DNA of 64,000 nucleotides from Chiloscyllium plagiosum (taxonomy: Eukaryota), in NCBI RefSeq assembly GCF_004010195.1, contig NC_057719.1, positions 36,993,417-37,057,416 of the forward strand. The letters are read 5' to 3'. A program made the position numbers and the translations under genes. The notes below the pieces were generated by a model. The model was not told the DNA's origin. It did no database searches and was given only the letters and a program-made list of their open reading frames with translations. Below, piece by piece: positions 50,631 through 64,000 of this stretch; position 1 is the first letter of the stretch, and each line of letters opens with the position of its first letter.

Positions 50631-51311
50631 AAGAATGTGCTGCTGGAAAAGCATAGTAGGTCAGGCAGCATCCAAGGAGCAGAAGAATTGACGTTTTGGG
50701 CATAAGCCCTTCGTCAGGAATGAGGCTTGTGAGGCAAGGGAGTAGAGAGATAAATGGGACAGGGAGGTAGGGCTGGGTGGAAGGTAGCTGAGAGTGCAAT
50801 AGGGGGATGAAGGTGGGAGTAAAGGTGATAGGTCAGAGAGGAGGGTTGAGCAGATAGATGAGCAAAAAAAAGATGGACAGGTGGGAAGGGCTATCTTGAA
50901 GAAGTTCTCCTCCTGTCTCTGCAAGGAAAGCATCTTCCAAGGATACCTAATTTGAAGAAGTTCTCCTCTCTTTGCAAGGATCTCAGCAAGTCTCTCTCTC
51001 ACTGCAACCCCCCAGGGCATCTCGTCTGCCCTGAAGCCCTTCCTACCTCTCCATCATCTTTCCCACCTATCTGTTCCACCCTCCTCTCCGACTTATCACC
51101 ATTATTCCCACCTTCATCTGCCTATTGCACTCTCAACTACCTGTCCCCCAGTCCAACCCCCTCCCATTTATCTCTCGACCCACTTTGCTGAAAGGCTTAT
51201 GCCTGAAACATCAATTCTCCTGCTCCTCAGATGCTGCCTGATGTGCTGTGCTTTTCCAGCACCACACTCTCAACTCTGATCTCCAGCATCTGCAGTCCTC
51301 ACTTTCTCCTA
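50631..51311. mobile_element. Longer fold-back Penelope 3' fragment
   Basis: Diverged inverted arms extending into the C/T-rich UTR. TSD tttggctttttatgtc (50615-50630, 51312-51327). Confidence 0.85.
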
Positions 51312-54300
51312 TTTGGCTTTTTATGTCCTACACCGCCCCCCCCACACACACACACACACTTATCTGTGCCCCAATTACCTCCCGCTATTTCCAGATTAAT
51401 CTGGTCAAGGTCCCTCCCTGATCCAACAGCCAGGCCACTCCATTTCAGGGGTCGGCTGCCACTGTTCCAACTTGTTGGAAACAGTAATCACTGCTTTAAT
51501 CTAAAGAGAAGATGGCCATTAATTGACTGCTTTAGGTTTCAATTGGCGGTGTGTTTCATTTTTAATCTTGAACCTTTGGTCCAAGTCAATGTCACAGGAA
51601 ATCAAATTAAATGGAAAATCCAAATAAGTTCCAGAGGGGTAATTCATAAGAAGATGTCAGTAGGGAATAAGTACAAGAACTGGAACTAACAGTGTACCAG
51701 CTTATTTCTTGGAGTGTTGAACATGGGGTTATATTCGTACTGAGAAGTAGACCAAGGTTAGTGATCCAACAATGGCTGACTTCACTCCTGCCTCAGCTTA
51801 ACTGGTATTGAAGACCTCATCCTTTGTAACCGGTGCACTTCACTATTCAAATTCTTTCCTTGTTGGCCTGCTGTATTCTACCTTCCATAAGCGTAACGTC
51901 ATCCAAATCTCTCCTGCTCTGCTTGTTTCATTCCTTCATTTGTTGTGTTTTGTAAAGTTTTATGATATTCCTGCAAAATGCTTTGGGATATTTTATGTTA
52001 AAGACATTGTATAAGTTGTAAAGCGGAAACATTAAACTTTGTTTCATCTGCAGTTTCTGAGTATCGAATCAATGAGAAATGTCAAATTCTAAGTAAGTGT
52101 GTCAGTTACAAAATGGAAGCAAATGGTTTCCAGAACACTTGTCTAGGACAAGCATGAATTGTCCTGTATTTACATATCATGCTCATAATGCCTCTTGTAT
52201 GATATAAAATTTCTATACAAATCATGCAAATTCAGCCAGTTCTAGCTATTATCAGTGACTAACCTGGAGACTTTAAAAGACCCTAATTCTTCTCTCCCCC
52301 AATTCCATGCATTTACCAATTAAGATCCTAGACCTGCTACTAATCTTTACTGTCATATTCCAACTTAAATCACCTCATCTACATCTTCTCTTTGAACTTA
52401 CTATTTTGTTTTCTCCTCTTCTTTGAGGTAGTTTCTCAGTTCACCTTGTAATCCTTTGTCTACACCACTACCCCCCCATTGGTTTCTCCAAGGATTACAA
52501 TATTTAAAGACCACCAGTTTCTCCCCTCCTCCATTTCCTCCTTTAAAATCTTGCCTGTTTATTTCTTTCAAAGAACCTTTATTTGTTATCAAATTAGGAC
52601 AATGGAAAAAACCTTTACCATTTCCCTTTATATTTCTTTCTCTCAGGCATTCATAAATCAGTAACAGAAATAACTTCTAGTTTTACAAGTTCTTTTTGGA
52701 TTAGATTTCCTACAGTGTGGAAACAGGCCCTTCAGCACAACAAGTCCACACCGACCCTCCGAAGAGTAACCCACCCAGACCCATTCCCCTACCCTATATA
52801 TACCCTTGACTAATGCACCTAACACTATGGACAATTTACCTTGGCCAGTTCACCTGACCTGCACATTTTTGGATTGTGGGAGGAAACTGGAGCACCCAGA
52901 AGAAACCCACACAGTCACCCGAGGCTGGAATCAAACCTGGATCCCTGGTGCTGTGAGGCAGCATTGCTAACCACTGAGCCACCATGCCATTTCCAGATGG
53001 TGACATGTGACAGGGCAGTGAGAAATGTGTTAAATAGTAGTATGTCTATATGTAACAAAAGATATGGAAGGTGGCTTTCACCTGCAGATGAATTAAGGCA
53101 GGGGGTGCAGTCAAGTGATGATATAATATCGGAAAACATGAGTCTTAGTGATGGTGTGGATGTGATTGGAGACTCGTATCTGGGTCAAATATAACAACAA
53201 GGTTGCAAACAGTCAGCTGCAGACAGTGACTGAGGAGAGGGATCAATACAGTTAGTGGCAAAGGAACAGAATCTGTGGCTCGAACCAAAGGCATTATCCT
53301 ATCATTTCCCAATATTTAATTGAAGGAAATGTCTACTCATCCAATACTGGATGCCAGATAAGCAATGGATAATTCAGAAGAGAAGTTGAGAGAACTTATG
53401 GTGAGGTAGAGCTGATTAAGTTTGCATACATGTTGAAATTGACACTGTATTCTCAGATGATGTTGCCAAAGAGATCATAAAAATATGAAGGGAACAAGAG
53501 TAGGGGAACACCAGAAATAATATTATTGCAGTTGGGGCAAAAATTAGAAGCTTTGTTAGGTTCATGTAAATTTGTCCCATTGACTTTTTCTTGCAACAAA
53601 ACTATGCTGGGAAATTAGGAACACTGCATATAATAAAATTGCACAACATAAAATTAGTTCACAGCTATGGGCAACGTCGTTAACTACAAACCCAGGTTTT
53701 CAGAACAAACTGACTCATTCAGGTAAAAGCTTCAAAGAAGGCATTAAAACCGTAAAAATGAATTTCAATAAAATATATTTCTGAAATTTTGATTTAACCC
53801 TCATTTTGAACTGGTTATAAATTTTAGTTATTAACAAATAAAATGCCAAATGAGAAAATTGTCTTGGTGAAGTGATTCAATGGTTCAAAGTGGAGGATAA
53901 TCCTTTTGTAATGTAATCCTTTTTTCATCAATCCCTGAAGAACCTAACTCTTGCTAAAAAGAAACATGACATTGAAACCTTTTGTCTTGAACTCATCAGG
54001 ACTGAGACTCAATGATGTCAAATTTAGAAAGGAAACAATAAGAAAGAATGACCAGATCAAACTAACATCCCTTTGACTGTCTAAAGCAGGCAGCATGCCA
54101 ACCATGTTCAACTAATCAGTGCTTTCAAAACATAGTGCCCAATGTCAGATATCATTCTGCTATAGGATAACAAATAACAAAGAACAATATAGCACAGGAA
54201 CAGGCCCTTCATCCCTCCAAGCCTGCGTCGACCCATTTTGTCCTTCCATACGAAAACTGACTTTACTTACAGAATCCGTATGCCTCTATTCCCTTCTTAT

Positions 54301-54773
54301 TGAGGTATTTGTCCAGGTGCTTCTTTTAAACCTGTCTTCTCTTAAACCTCCTCACCTTGCACCTTGAACCTGTGCCCCCTTGTAATTGACTCCTCCAACC
54401 AAGGAAAAAGCTTCATAATTGCCACTACATCCATGTCATTCACAACCTTATAAACTTCTATCAGGTCACCTCTCAACCTCCTGAGTTCCAGTGAAAACAA
54501 ACCAAGCCTATCAAACCTTTCATCATAGTTAAAATCTCCCATGTGAGGGAACATCCTGGTAAACCTTCTCTATACTCACTCCAAAGCATCCACATCCTTC
54601 TGGCAGTGTGGTGACCAGAACATCACAGAAGATAGCAGACAATGACACATCCCTCCCAGATCATCTCAATGCCTTCTATGCTCGCTTTGAGCAGAATTTC
54701 GGCAGAGAGGTAACACCAACTCTGCCAAGTCCTAATGAACCTATCCCAACAGTCACTGCATCAGAGGTCAGAT

Positions 54774-56068
54774 AGAGCCATAGAGATGTACAGCATGGAA
54801 ACAGACCCTTCAGTCCAACTCGTCCATGCCAACCAGATATCCCAACCCAATCTAGTCCCACTTGCCAGCACCTGGCCCATATCCCTCCAAAACCTTCCTA
54901 TTCATATAACCATCCAGGTGCATTTTAAATGTTGCAATTGTATTAGCCTCCACTACTTCTTCTGACAGCTCATTCCATACACGTACCACTCTCTGCGTGA
55001 AAATGTTGCCCCTTAGGTCTCTGTTATATCTTTCCCCTCTCACCCTAAACCTATGCCCTCTAGTTCTGAACTCCCTCACCCCAGGGAAAAGACTTTGTCT
55101 ATTTAACCTATCCATGACCCTCATGATTTTATAAACCTCTATAAGGTCACCCCTCAGCCCCAACACTCAAGGGATAACAGCTCCAGCCTGTTCAGCCTCT
55201 CCCTATAGTTCAAATCCTCCAACCCTGGCAACATCCTTGTAAATCTTTTCTGAACCCTTTCAAGTTTCACAACATCTTTCCGATAGGAAGGCGACCAGAA
55301 TTGCACGCAATATTCCAAAAGTGGCCTAACCAATGTCCTGTAAGGCTGCAACATGACCTCCCAACTCCTGTAATCAATACTGATTAATAAAGGAAAGCAT
55401 ACCAAACGCCTTCTTCACTATCCTATCTACCTGTGACTCCACTTTTAAGGAGCTATGAATCTGCACTCCAAGGTCTCTTTGTTCAGCAACACTCCCGAGG
55501 ACCTTACCATTAAATGTACAAGTCCTGCTAAGATTTATTTTCTCAAAATGCAGCATCTCACATTTCTCTAAATTAAACTCCATCTGCCACTTCTCAGCCC
55601 ATTGGCCCATCTGGTCAAGATCCCATTGTAATCTGAGATAACTTTCTTTGCTGTCCACTACACCTCCAATTTTGGTGTCACCTGCAAACTTACTAACTAT
55701 ACCTCTTATGCTCACATCCAAATCATTTATATAAATGATGAAAAGTAGTGGACCCAGCTCCGATCCTTGTGGCACTCCACTGGTCACAGGCCTCCAGTCT
55801 GTAAAACAACCCTCCACCTCCATCCTCTGTCTTCTACCTTTGAGCCAGTTCTGTATCCAAATGGCCAGTTATCCCTGTATTCCATGAGATCTAACCTTGC
55901 TCACCAGTCTCCCATGGGGAACCTTGTCGAACGCCTTACTGAAGTCCATATAGATCACTTCTACCGCTCTGCCCTCATCAATCCTCTTTGTTACTTCTTC
56001 AAAAAACTCAATCAAGTTTGTGAGACATGATTTCCCACGCATAAAGCCATGTTGACTATCCCTAATCA
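54774..56068 (-). mobile_element. Relatively young CR1 LINE 3' half
   Basis: SGVPQGSELGPLLFIIYINDL..KFAGDTK...[15 protein letters not shown]. Flanked by gtcagat on both sides (54767-54773, 56069-56075). Confidence 0.92.
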
Positions 56069-57464
56069 GTCAGATCAGTTTTCCTTCATGTGAACCCAAG
56101 CAAAGCGATGGGACCAGACGGAGTATTAGACCGTGCACTCAGAGCATGTGCAGATCAACTGATAGAAGTCTTCTTGGACATCTCCGACCTGTCCCTGCAG
56201 CAGGCCACTGTTCCTGCCTGTTTCAAGAGGGCCAACATCATCCCTGTGCCTAAGAAGCCTCATGCAGCATGTCTCAATGACTACCGACCAGTGGCCTTAA
56301 CTGTGGTAGTCATGAAATGCTTTGAAAGGCTGGTCATGGCATTAATCAACACCAGCTTCCCCACTATTCTTGACCCACTCCATTTTGCCTATTGGACCAT
56401 CAGATCCACGTCAGATGCCATATCACTTGCCCTTCACTCCTCCCTAAAACATGTTGACACCAAAAACAGCTAAGTAAGAATAATACTCATGGAATACAGT
56501 TCAACCTTCAACACTATTATCCCCTCGAGACTGATTATTAAACTTAGTGATCTTGGACTAAGCCTCACTCTCTGCAACTGGATCCTCAGTTTCCTGATCC
56601 ACAGGCCATAATCAGTGAAGACTGGAGACATTTCATCCTCACTAACTCTCAACATTGGAGCCCCCCAGGGGTATGTGCTCAACCCCCTACTGTACTCACT
56701 GTATACCCATGATTGCGTCGCCAAATATCAGACTAATGCCATTTACAAGTTCGCTGATGATCCACCATAGTCGGTCGAATCTCAGATGGCGACGAAACAG
56801 ACTACAGACGTGAGGTGGAAGATGGTATACTGAGAACAACTCAATGCTGGCAAAACCAAGGAACTCATTATTGATTTTTGGCAGGATTTTACTCATGACC
56901 CCTACACATTAACAACATAGAGGTGGAACAAGTGGAGTGTTTCAAGTTCCTGGAATGGTCATCCACAACAAGCTTTCTTGCACTCTTCATGCGGATGCAC
57001 TGGTTTCAAAGGCCCAACAATGTCTCTTCTTCCTCAGACAGCTGAAGAAATTTGGCATTACTGCGAATACCCTTGCCAACTTTTATAGGTGTGCTATCGA
57101 GAGCATTCTGCCTGGATGTATCACTACCTGGTACAGCAACTGTATCATTCAAGATCGGAGATGGTTACAGAGAGTGGTGAACTCGTCCCGGACAATCACA
57201 AAGGCCAACCTCCCATCTATAGAACCCATCTACTAGGCCTGCTGTCAAGGAAAGGCTGCCAGCATTCTCAAAGATCCATTCCACCCTGGCAATGTTTTTC
57301 TACAACCTCTACCATTGGGGAGAAGGTAGAGAAGCCTGAACACATGCATCAGCCGGTTTCAAAACAGTTCCTACCCTACTGTTGTTAGAATACTGAATGG
57401 ACTCTCAAACTCTGAGCATTTACCTGTGCCTGTGTTTTTGTTTTGCCGCTGTTTAGATAAGTAA

Positions 57465-58548
57465 ATCTCCTAACTTGACTAATCTTCTGGAATTTTTTTG
57501 AGGATGTAACTCTGAAGATGGACGAGGGAGATCCAGTTGATGTAGTGTACCTGGACTTTCATAAAGCTTTCGATAAAGTCCCACATAGGAGGTTAGTGAG
57601 CAAAATTAGGGCACATGGTATTGGGGTCAAAGTACTAACTTGGATTGAAGGTTGGTTGGCTGATAGGAAACAAAGAGTAGTGATAAACGGCTCCATTTCG
57701 GAATGGCAGGCAGTGACCAGTGAGGTACCGCAGTGATCAGTACTGGGACCGCAGCTTTTTACAATACATGTTAATGATATAGAAGATGGTACATTTAGGT
57801 AGTAATTTAGGTAAAGGGGCAGTACAAAGAGGTCTGGGTGTTCTTGTACACCAGTCAATGAAGGTAAGCATGCAGGTACAGCAGGTAGTGAAGAAGGCTA
57901 ATAGCATGCTGGCCTTCATAACAAGAGGGATTGAGAATAGAAGCAAATAGGTTCTTCTGCAGCTGTACAGGGCCCTGGTGAGACCACACCTAGAGTACTG
58001 TGTGCAGTTCTGGTCTCCAAATTTGAGGAAAGACATTCTGGCTATTGAGGGAGTGCAGCGTAGGTTCACGAGGTCAATTCCTGGAATGGCGGAATTAACT
58101 TAAACTGAAAGACTGGAGCGACTGGTCTTGTATACCCTTGAGTTTAGAAGACTGAGAGGGGATATGATTGAGACATATAAGATTATTAAAGGATTGGACA
58201 CTCTGGAGGCAGGAAACATGTTTCCGCTGATGGGTGAGTGCCGAACCAGAGGACGCAGCTTAAAAATACGGGGTTGACCATTTAGGACAGAGATGAGGAG
58301 AAACTTCTTCACCCAGAGAGTGGTGGCTGTGTGGAATGCTCTGCCCCAGAGGGCATTGGAGGCCCACTCTCTGGATTCATTTAAGAAAGAGTTGGATAGC
58401 GCTCTCAAGGATTATGGAATCAAGGGTTATGGAGATAAGGCAGGATCAGGATACTGATTATGGATGATCAGCCATGATCATATTGAATGGTGGTGCAGGC
58501 TCAAAGGGCAGAATGGCCTACTCCTGCACCTATTGTCTATTGTCTATT
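57465..58548 (+). mobile_element. CR1 LINE 3' fragment with an internal deletion
   Basis: MDEGDPVDVVYLDFHKAFDKVPHRRL motif; tail (tattgtc)n. Confidence 0.9.
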
Positions 58549-61500
58549 AAATAGTAAATAAACTATTTAACTACCTGATCTGCCTATATTGCTCACAAGA
58601 CAAAACTTTTCACTGTGCCTGGGTACATGTGACAATAAACTCAATTCAATTCAATATTGACCGAGTAATCCTGATTAATCTATGAATTACAATAGTATTC
58701 TCACACTGTGATTCATCTGAGCGTACTGGAAGCTAGACTTATTCGTATATTGGGCCCTGTTCTTGGAAGGCAAAATGATTATGTCTACGTATTACACCTT
58801 TTTCAATGAGCAAAGGACTGTGGAGACAGTCAATCCTGCTATATCTTCATTGCAGTACGAGAACAATTACAGCATACTGGTCTGATTTGAATTTAACAAT
58901 TAAATAAGATTGATGTTTAAAAGCTCCTGCATCAGTAGCACGGTAGCTCAGTGGTTTGCAGTGCTGCCTCATAATACCAGGATCCCAGGTTCAATTCCAA
59001 CCTCTGGTCACCGTCTGTGTGGAGGTTGAACATTACCCCCGTGTCTGCATGGATTTTCTCTGGTTTTCTCCCAAAGATGTGCAGGTTAGGTGGATTAGCC
59101 ATGAGAAATGCAGGGTTACAGAGATAGAGTAGTGGGGTGGGTCTGAGTGGGATGCCCTTTGAAAGGGCAGTGTGGATCCAATGGATCCAATGGCCTGTTT
59201 CCACACTGTAGCGATTCTTGGTATTTGCATGCCAAAACCAGCCCAATCAGCACCATCGTCTCATGCTGCATAAATTATTATTTCCTGACTAAATTTAATT
59301 TTTTTGCACTTTCAAAAAAAGTTTGATTTCATGTCTCTTTTTAGCAATGCATAAATATTGGCCCAGAGACTAACAAAAGAAAAAAAACTGAATGCAGAAA
59401 CTTTCAGAAAAATATGACAACAGGCAGTGAAGTAGCATGTGATATTCATGAAAATATGCAGTTACTGCATGTCGATCAATATATATTTTATGAATATCTA
59501 GTTCAGGTTTCATGTTAATATTTTAGAGGTAATACTGAGTTTTGGGATAAACATTGTTGTAAAGGCAATAAAATTAAAATGCTTCCAGAATGCCCAAAAT
59601 AAAACAGTTCAGAAGGTTAACCATCTTTGGTTAATAGAGTGAAAATAGAAGGGTTGACCAAGAAAATAGCTGGTGAGCATACTGATGTGGAGAAATTATA
59701 AATGAAAGATGATTAGATTAAAGCTTGGTTTGAGGGTAGCTCTGAGCAGGCAGAGATGAGTGGAGCTTTGGTAGGCTCTCCGGTTCTAGTTTATCTGGGT
59801 GTTTGCTCAGAGAGGTTTTTCTGTAACAGTTTGAAATGTGTGTAGTTTGAAGCTCACTTACAGAGGTTGGCCAAAATGCATGAGAATTAGGCTGAACTGC
59901 ACAGGAAGTAAGGACAATTCATAGATTGTAGAAAAATATAATAAACTATGTCACAATCAATGAATTTTTCTGAGGAACAGAAGTTGGAAGGTAGTCTAGT
60001 GGGAGAATCTACAATAGGCTTCACTGTGTATTATTGCAAAACAAAAACACAGCAGAGCAGCTTGTTAGAATTGAGATGTAACTAAATAAATAGGTTTAAG
60101 CATCAACAATCAAGAAAGGATGCATACATATTTTATCCAGGAGACTAGCTGGATCTGAGGAAAACTTTCCAGAGGACTGTGGTATAATTATGGGTGGCCA
60201 CTGTGAAGTAAATAACTTTAAGATTAATGTGTTGTATAAGAATGTATTGGATGAAGTAGGATGCAAACTGGAGTGCATAGGGTAAATAGTTATAAACTAT
60301 ATTGCTAAGTTGATAATATTTGTTTTATTTATATATACTGTTTATTTTACAAAATGAAATTCCATGGCGTAGTTCTATTTATTAAAAGGTATTCAGATTT
60401 ATTTTAAAGAGCTAATCATTCTCTACAGGATTGTAACAATATAGATATATAAAATTCCACATATATGTACATGGATATAACTATACTGAGATCATAAATT
60501 CACTGAGATTACGTGTACCTCAATGTTCAATACTCATTCATCAGAATTCTTAGTGCTGGAATAATGCAGTGAACTGAGAGTGATCTGCATGATATTTCAC
60601 TTTAAATAAATAAATGGCTGTAAACATTTACTGGATGCATTAAGTGTAATCCATCCAATATTAACACAAATGGGTAACTTAATCTGCCCATTTCCAGCAT
60701 CTGAAGCATTTTGCTTTCATTTACTCTGCCCTGTATAAAACAACCATCAATTTTTAAGGGCAAGATCTTATGTGAAGAAAATTGTGAAGTATTAAAACAA
60801 TGTTTCTTTTTATTTATCTGTATGGAACTGAAACATTCAAATCGAGGAAGCGTGTACCATGAGGATTTCAGCATTTATTTTTTGTTTCCAGCAATTCAAG
60901 TTGAACCCATTCTAGACTGATTTCCTTTCTGCTAGATTCTTGAAATTAGTCCAAACACTATTGATTCACGTTTAATGGACACAGGCTTGAAACAGAAATG
61001 TGTCTATGTACTGACATTTACTGGCACTAAAATGATAAACTCCTTTGGTGAGATCTTAAGAATGGCTCTTAAGAAAATTACTTAATATTTTGATACAGGG
61101 CTTCAAATGGTTTTTTTTAATTTTCTGGCTCCAAATTTTGCCAAGACTGACAACATCTCCGTGTGACACAAATGCTGGAGGAAATCAGAAATTACAAACC
61201 CAGCCTCCAAACCTGGCACTTCTCATTTTCACATGGCAGGATTTGGGGCAGTTTGTGCAAGTGCAGTTCCTGGAGGTAGCTAGCCATTTAAATGCTGTTG
61301 TACTCTTTGGTTTTTGGAACCCAGAGTATGGAGGGTAGAGCAGGTCTGCTCTCAGAGCATTTCTTTTAGCTAGCTCTTTGAAGACTTGGAGTATCCCTGT
61401 AGATATGGCCCCAGGCCACTGTGGGGGTGGGTGTCAGGGATCCTTTGGGACTGTTAACTCTGAAGAAGACTGCGCATAAAAAGAGAGTCAACCTCTTGGA

Positions 61501-61714
61501 GATGTCAAGATGTGTCAAGAAGTGTTGACTGTCAAGTAGTGTTTTCACAAATGACAGTGTTACTTTTTTCAAATACAGTACATCATATAGAACTTTAAGT
61601 ACGAAACAAATATACTTTTAATGTGTATGAAATCTTGAGGTTTTTAGTTAGCATTCATTCATGGAAGGGAGCAAAACTGGCTGCAACATCATTTATTGCC
61701 CATCCCTTTTTAAC

Positions 61715-64000
61715 AGCATAAAAGCATAAGAAATAGCAGCAGGAGTAAGGCAACCCGGTTACCAATTACCAACTGTGCTTCTTATATCATCAAAGAACTC
61801 TAGTAAATTTGTCAAACAAGATTTCCCTTTCACAAAAACAAGCTGACTTTGATGGTGTTAAGATTTTTGAAACATTTTGGTTTATTTTCCATAATAATGG
61901 ACTCAGGTGTTTTCCCAAAGGCTGATATTACATTAATAGGCCTATAATGTCCTGTTTTTCAGTCTCCACATTCATTTTAATTAGCCTAGTTCTGAGAAGC
62001 TCCTGTTGTTTATTTTTATATTTCTTGCCAATTTACTTACATAATATTTTTTTCCCTCTTTGTTTGATTTTTAGTCAACTCTGCTGCTTCCCAAAAAACT
62101 CCCAATCTTCTGGCGTTCAGATATACAGTCATAGAGTTATAAAGTTGTACAGCACGGAAACAGACCCTTTGGTTCAAATCGTCCATGTCGACCAGATATC
62201 CTAAATTAATCTAGTCCCATTTTGCCAGTATTTGGCTCATATCCCTCTAAATCCTTCCTATTCAATATCCATCCCGATGGCTTTGAAATGCTGTAATTGT
62301 ACCAGCCTCCACCACTTCTTCTGGCAGCTCATGCCATAAGACCATAGACATATGAGCAGAAGTTGAGCCATTCAGCCCATCGAGTCTGCTTCACCATTCA
62401 ATCATAGCAGATAAGTTTCTCAACCCATTCTCCAGCTCTCTCCCTGTAACCCTTGATCCCTTGAACCTATCTATCTCAGTCTTAAATACACACAGTGACC
62501 TGGCCTCCACAGCCTTTTGTGGCAATGAATTCCATAGATTCACCACTCTCTGGCTGAAGAGGTTTCTCTTTATCTCCGTTCTAAAAGGTCTGTGTCCTAG
62601 TCTCTCCTACCAATGGAAATATTTTCCCAATATCCATTCTGTCCAGGCCATTCAGTATTCTGTAAGTTTCAATTAGATTCACCCCTCATTCTTCTAAATT
62701 CTATTGAGTATAGACCCAGAGTCCTCAGACATTCCTCATGTGTTAAGCTTTTCATTCTTGGGAACATTTTCGTGAACCTCCTCTGAATACACTTCAGGGC
62801 CAGTACATCCTTCCTGACATATGGGGCCCAAAACTGCGCACAATAATATAAACATGGTCTGACCACAGCCTTATAGAGCCTCAGAAGTACAACCCTGCTT
62901 TTATGCTCAAGTCCGCTCAAAATAAATACCATCATTGCATTTGCCTTCCTAACTACTGACTCAACCTGCAAGTTTACCTTGACAGAATCCTGGACTAGAA
63001 CTCCCAAGTCTCTTTGCATTTCTAAATTTTCTCCCCATTTAGAAAATAGTCCATGCCTCTATTCTTCCTAGCAAAGTGCATGACCTCACACTTTCCCACT
63101 TGCCTCCTCTTTACCCACTCTCCAAACCTGTCTAAATCCTTCTGCAGCCTCCCCACCTCCTCAATGCTATCTGTCCCTCTGCCTATCTTTATATCATCTG
63201 CAAACTTAGCCAGAATTCCCTCGGTTCCTTCATCGAGATTGTTAATATATATGAGGTGAAAAGTTCTGGTCCCAACATTGAGCCTTGCTTGTCACTGGCT
63301 GCCAACTGAGAAAGTCCCTTTTATCCCCACCCTTAGATCCCTTTTAAATCTATCCTCTCTCACTTTAAACCTATGCTGTCTAGTTTTGGACACCCCCACC
63401 CCAGGGAAAAGACCTTGGCTATTCACTCTATCTATGCCCCTCATGATTTTTTAAACCTCTATAAGGTCATCCCTCAGGCTCCGGCACACCAGAGAAAATA
63501 GCCCCAGTGTATCCAGCCTCTTCCCAGCACAAACTCTCCAACCCTGGCAACATCCTTGTAAATCTTTTCTGAACCCTTTCAAGCTTCATAACATCCTTTC
63601 TATAGCTGGGCAACCAGAATTGCACTCAGTATTCCAAAAGTGGCCTAACTAATATCCTGTACAGCCGCACAAAACATCCCAACTGGTATACTCAATGCAC
63701 TAACTAATAAAGTAAAGCATACATAAGCCATCTTCAGTGTCTTATCTACCTGCAACTTCACTTTCCAGGTACTGTGAACTTGCACTCCAAGGTCTCTTTG
63801 TTCAGCAACACTCCCCAGGACCTTACCATTAAGTGTTTACGTCCTGTCTTGATTTGCTTTTCCAAAATGCGGCACCTCACATTTATCTAAATTAAACTCC
63901 ATCTGCCTATTGGTCCATCTGATCCACATCCCGTTGTAATCCAAGGTAACCTTCTTTATTGTCCACTACATCTCCAATTTTGGTATCATCTGCAAACTTA
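61715..64000 (-). mobile_element. Cluster of nested CR1 fragments
   Basis: ORF 62669..63019 reads QRDLGVLVQDS...LYKAVVRPCLYYCAQFWAPY. A CR1 3' end starting at ~62128 resumes at ~63330 after a nested copy. Confidence 0.85.

Larger units (their letters stand above)
54630..58655 (+). mobile_element. Rex1/Babar-type LINE, decayed, interrupted by two CR1 insertions
   Basis: KAMGPDGV..RALRACADQL...IIPVPKK..AACLNDYRPVALT..MKCFERLV, GAPQG, YKFADD and LFFLRQLKKFG motifs. Tail aataaactcaattcaattcaat at ~58635-58655. Confidence 0.85.

Noticed and set aside
59700..60440. Possible solo LTR (ends ...ggattgtaaca); similar suspicion for 3490-3690
   Set aside because: No partner LTR, TSD or internal coding sequence could be identified by eye.

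Overview
Repeat-rich vertebrate genomic DNA. The repeat content (CR1-clade LINEs, tRNA-headed SINEs, Penelope-like elements) suggests a cartilaginous fish, but that is inference. The window lies inside one minus-strand Ena/VASP-family gene, most likely EVL. Seven coding exons join in frame with GT-AG boundaries: 35064-35001, 23975-23917, 12983-12102, 11248-11010, 5786-5653, 3091-3031 and 2748-2688. They encode the post-EVH1 linker, the PKA site, the proline-rich region and the GAB/FAB part of EVH2. I did not find the EVH1 exons or the last EVH2 exons, so they probably lie outside the window. Three things stand out. (1) An 882-nt frame-symmetric exon carries blocks resembling the neuronal 'Mena+' insert of ENAH, plus three PPxY motifs. 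(2) A candidate 12-nt microexon (46189-46178) sits at the position of the Mena '++' microexon. (3) About a dozen Penelope-terminus-derived insertions carry minimal hammerhead-ribozyme motifs; most have 11-17 bp target-site duplications and several are fold-back hairpins. The rest is decayed LINE/SINE sequence, often nested. Protein and repeat family comparisons are from memory, not database searches. Repeat boundaries are approximate unless a TSD is given.
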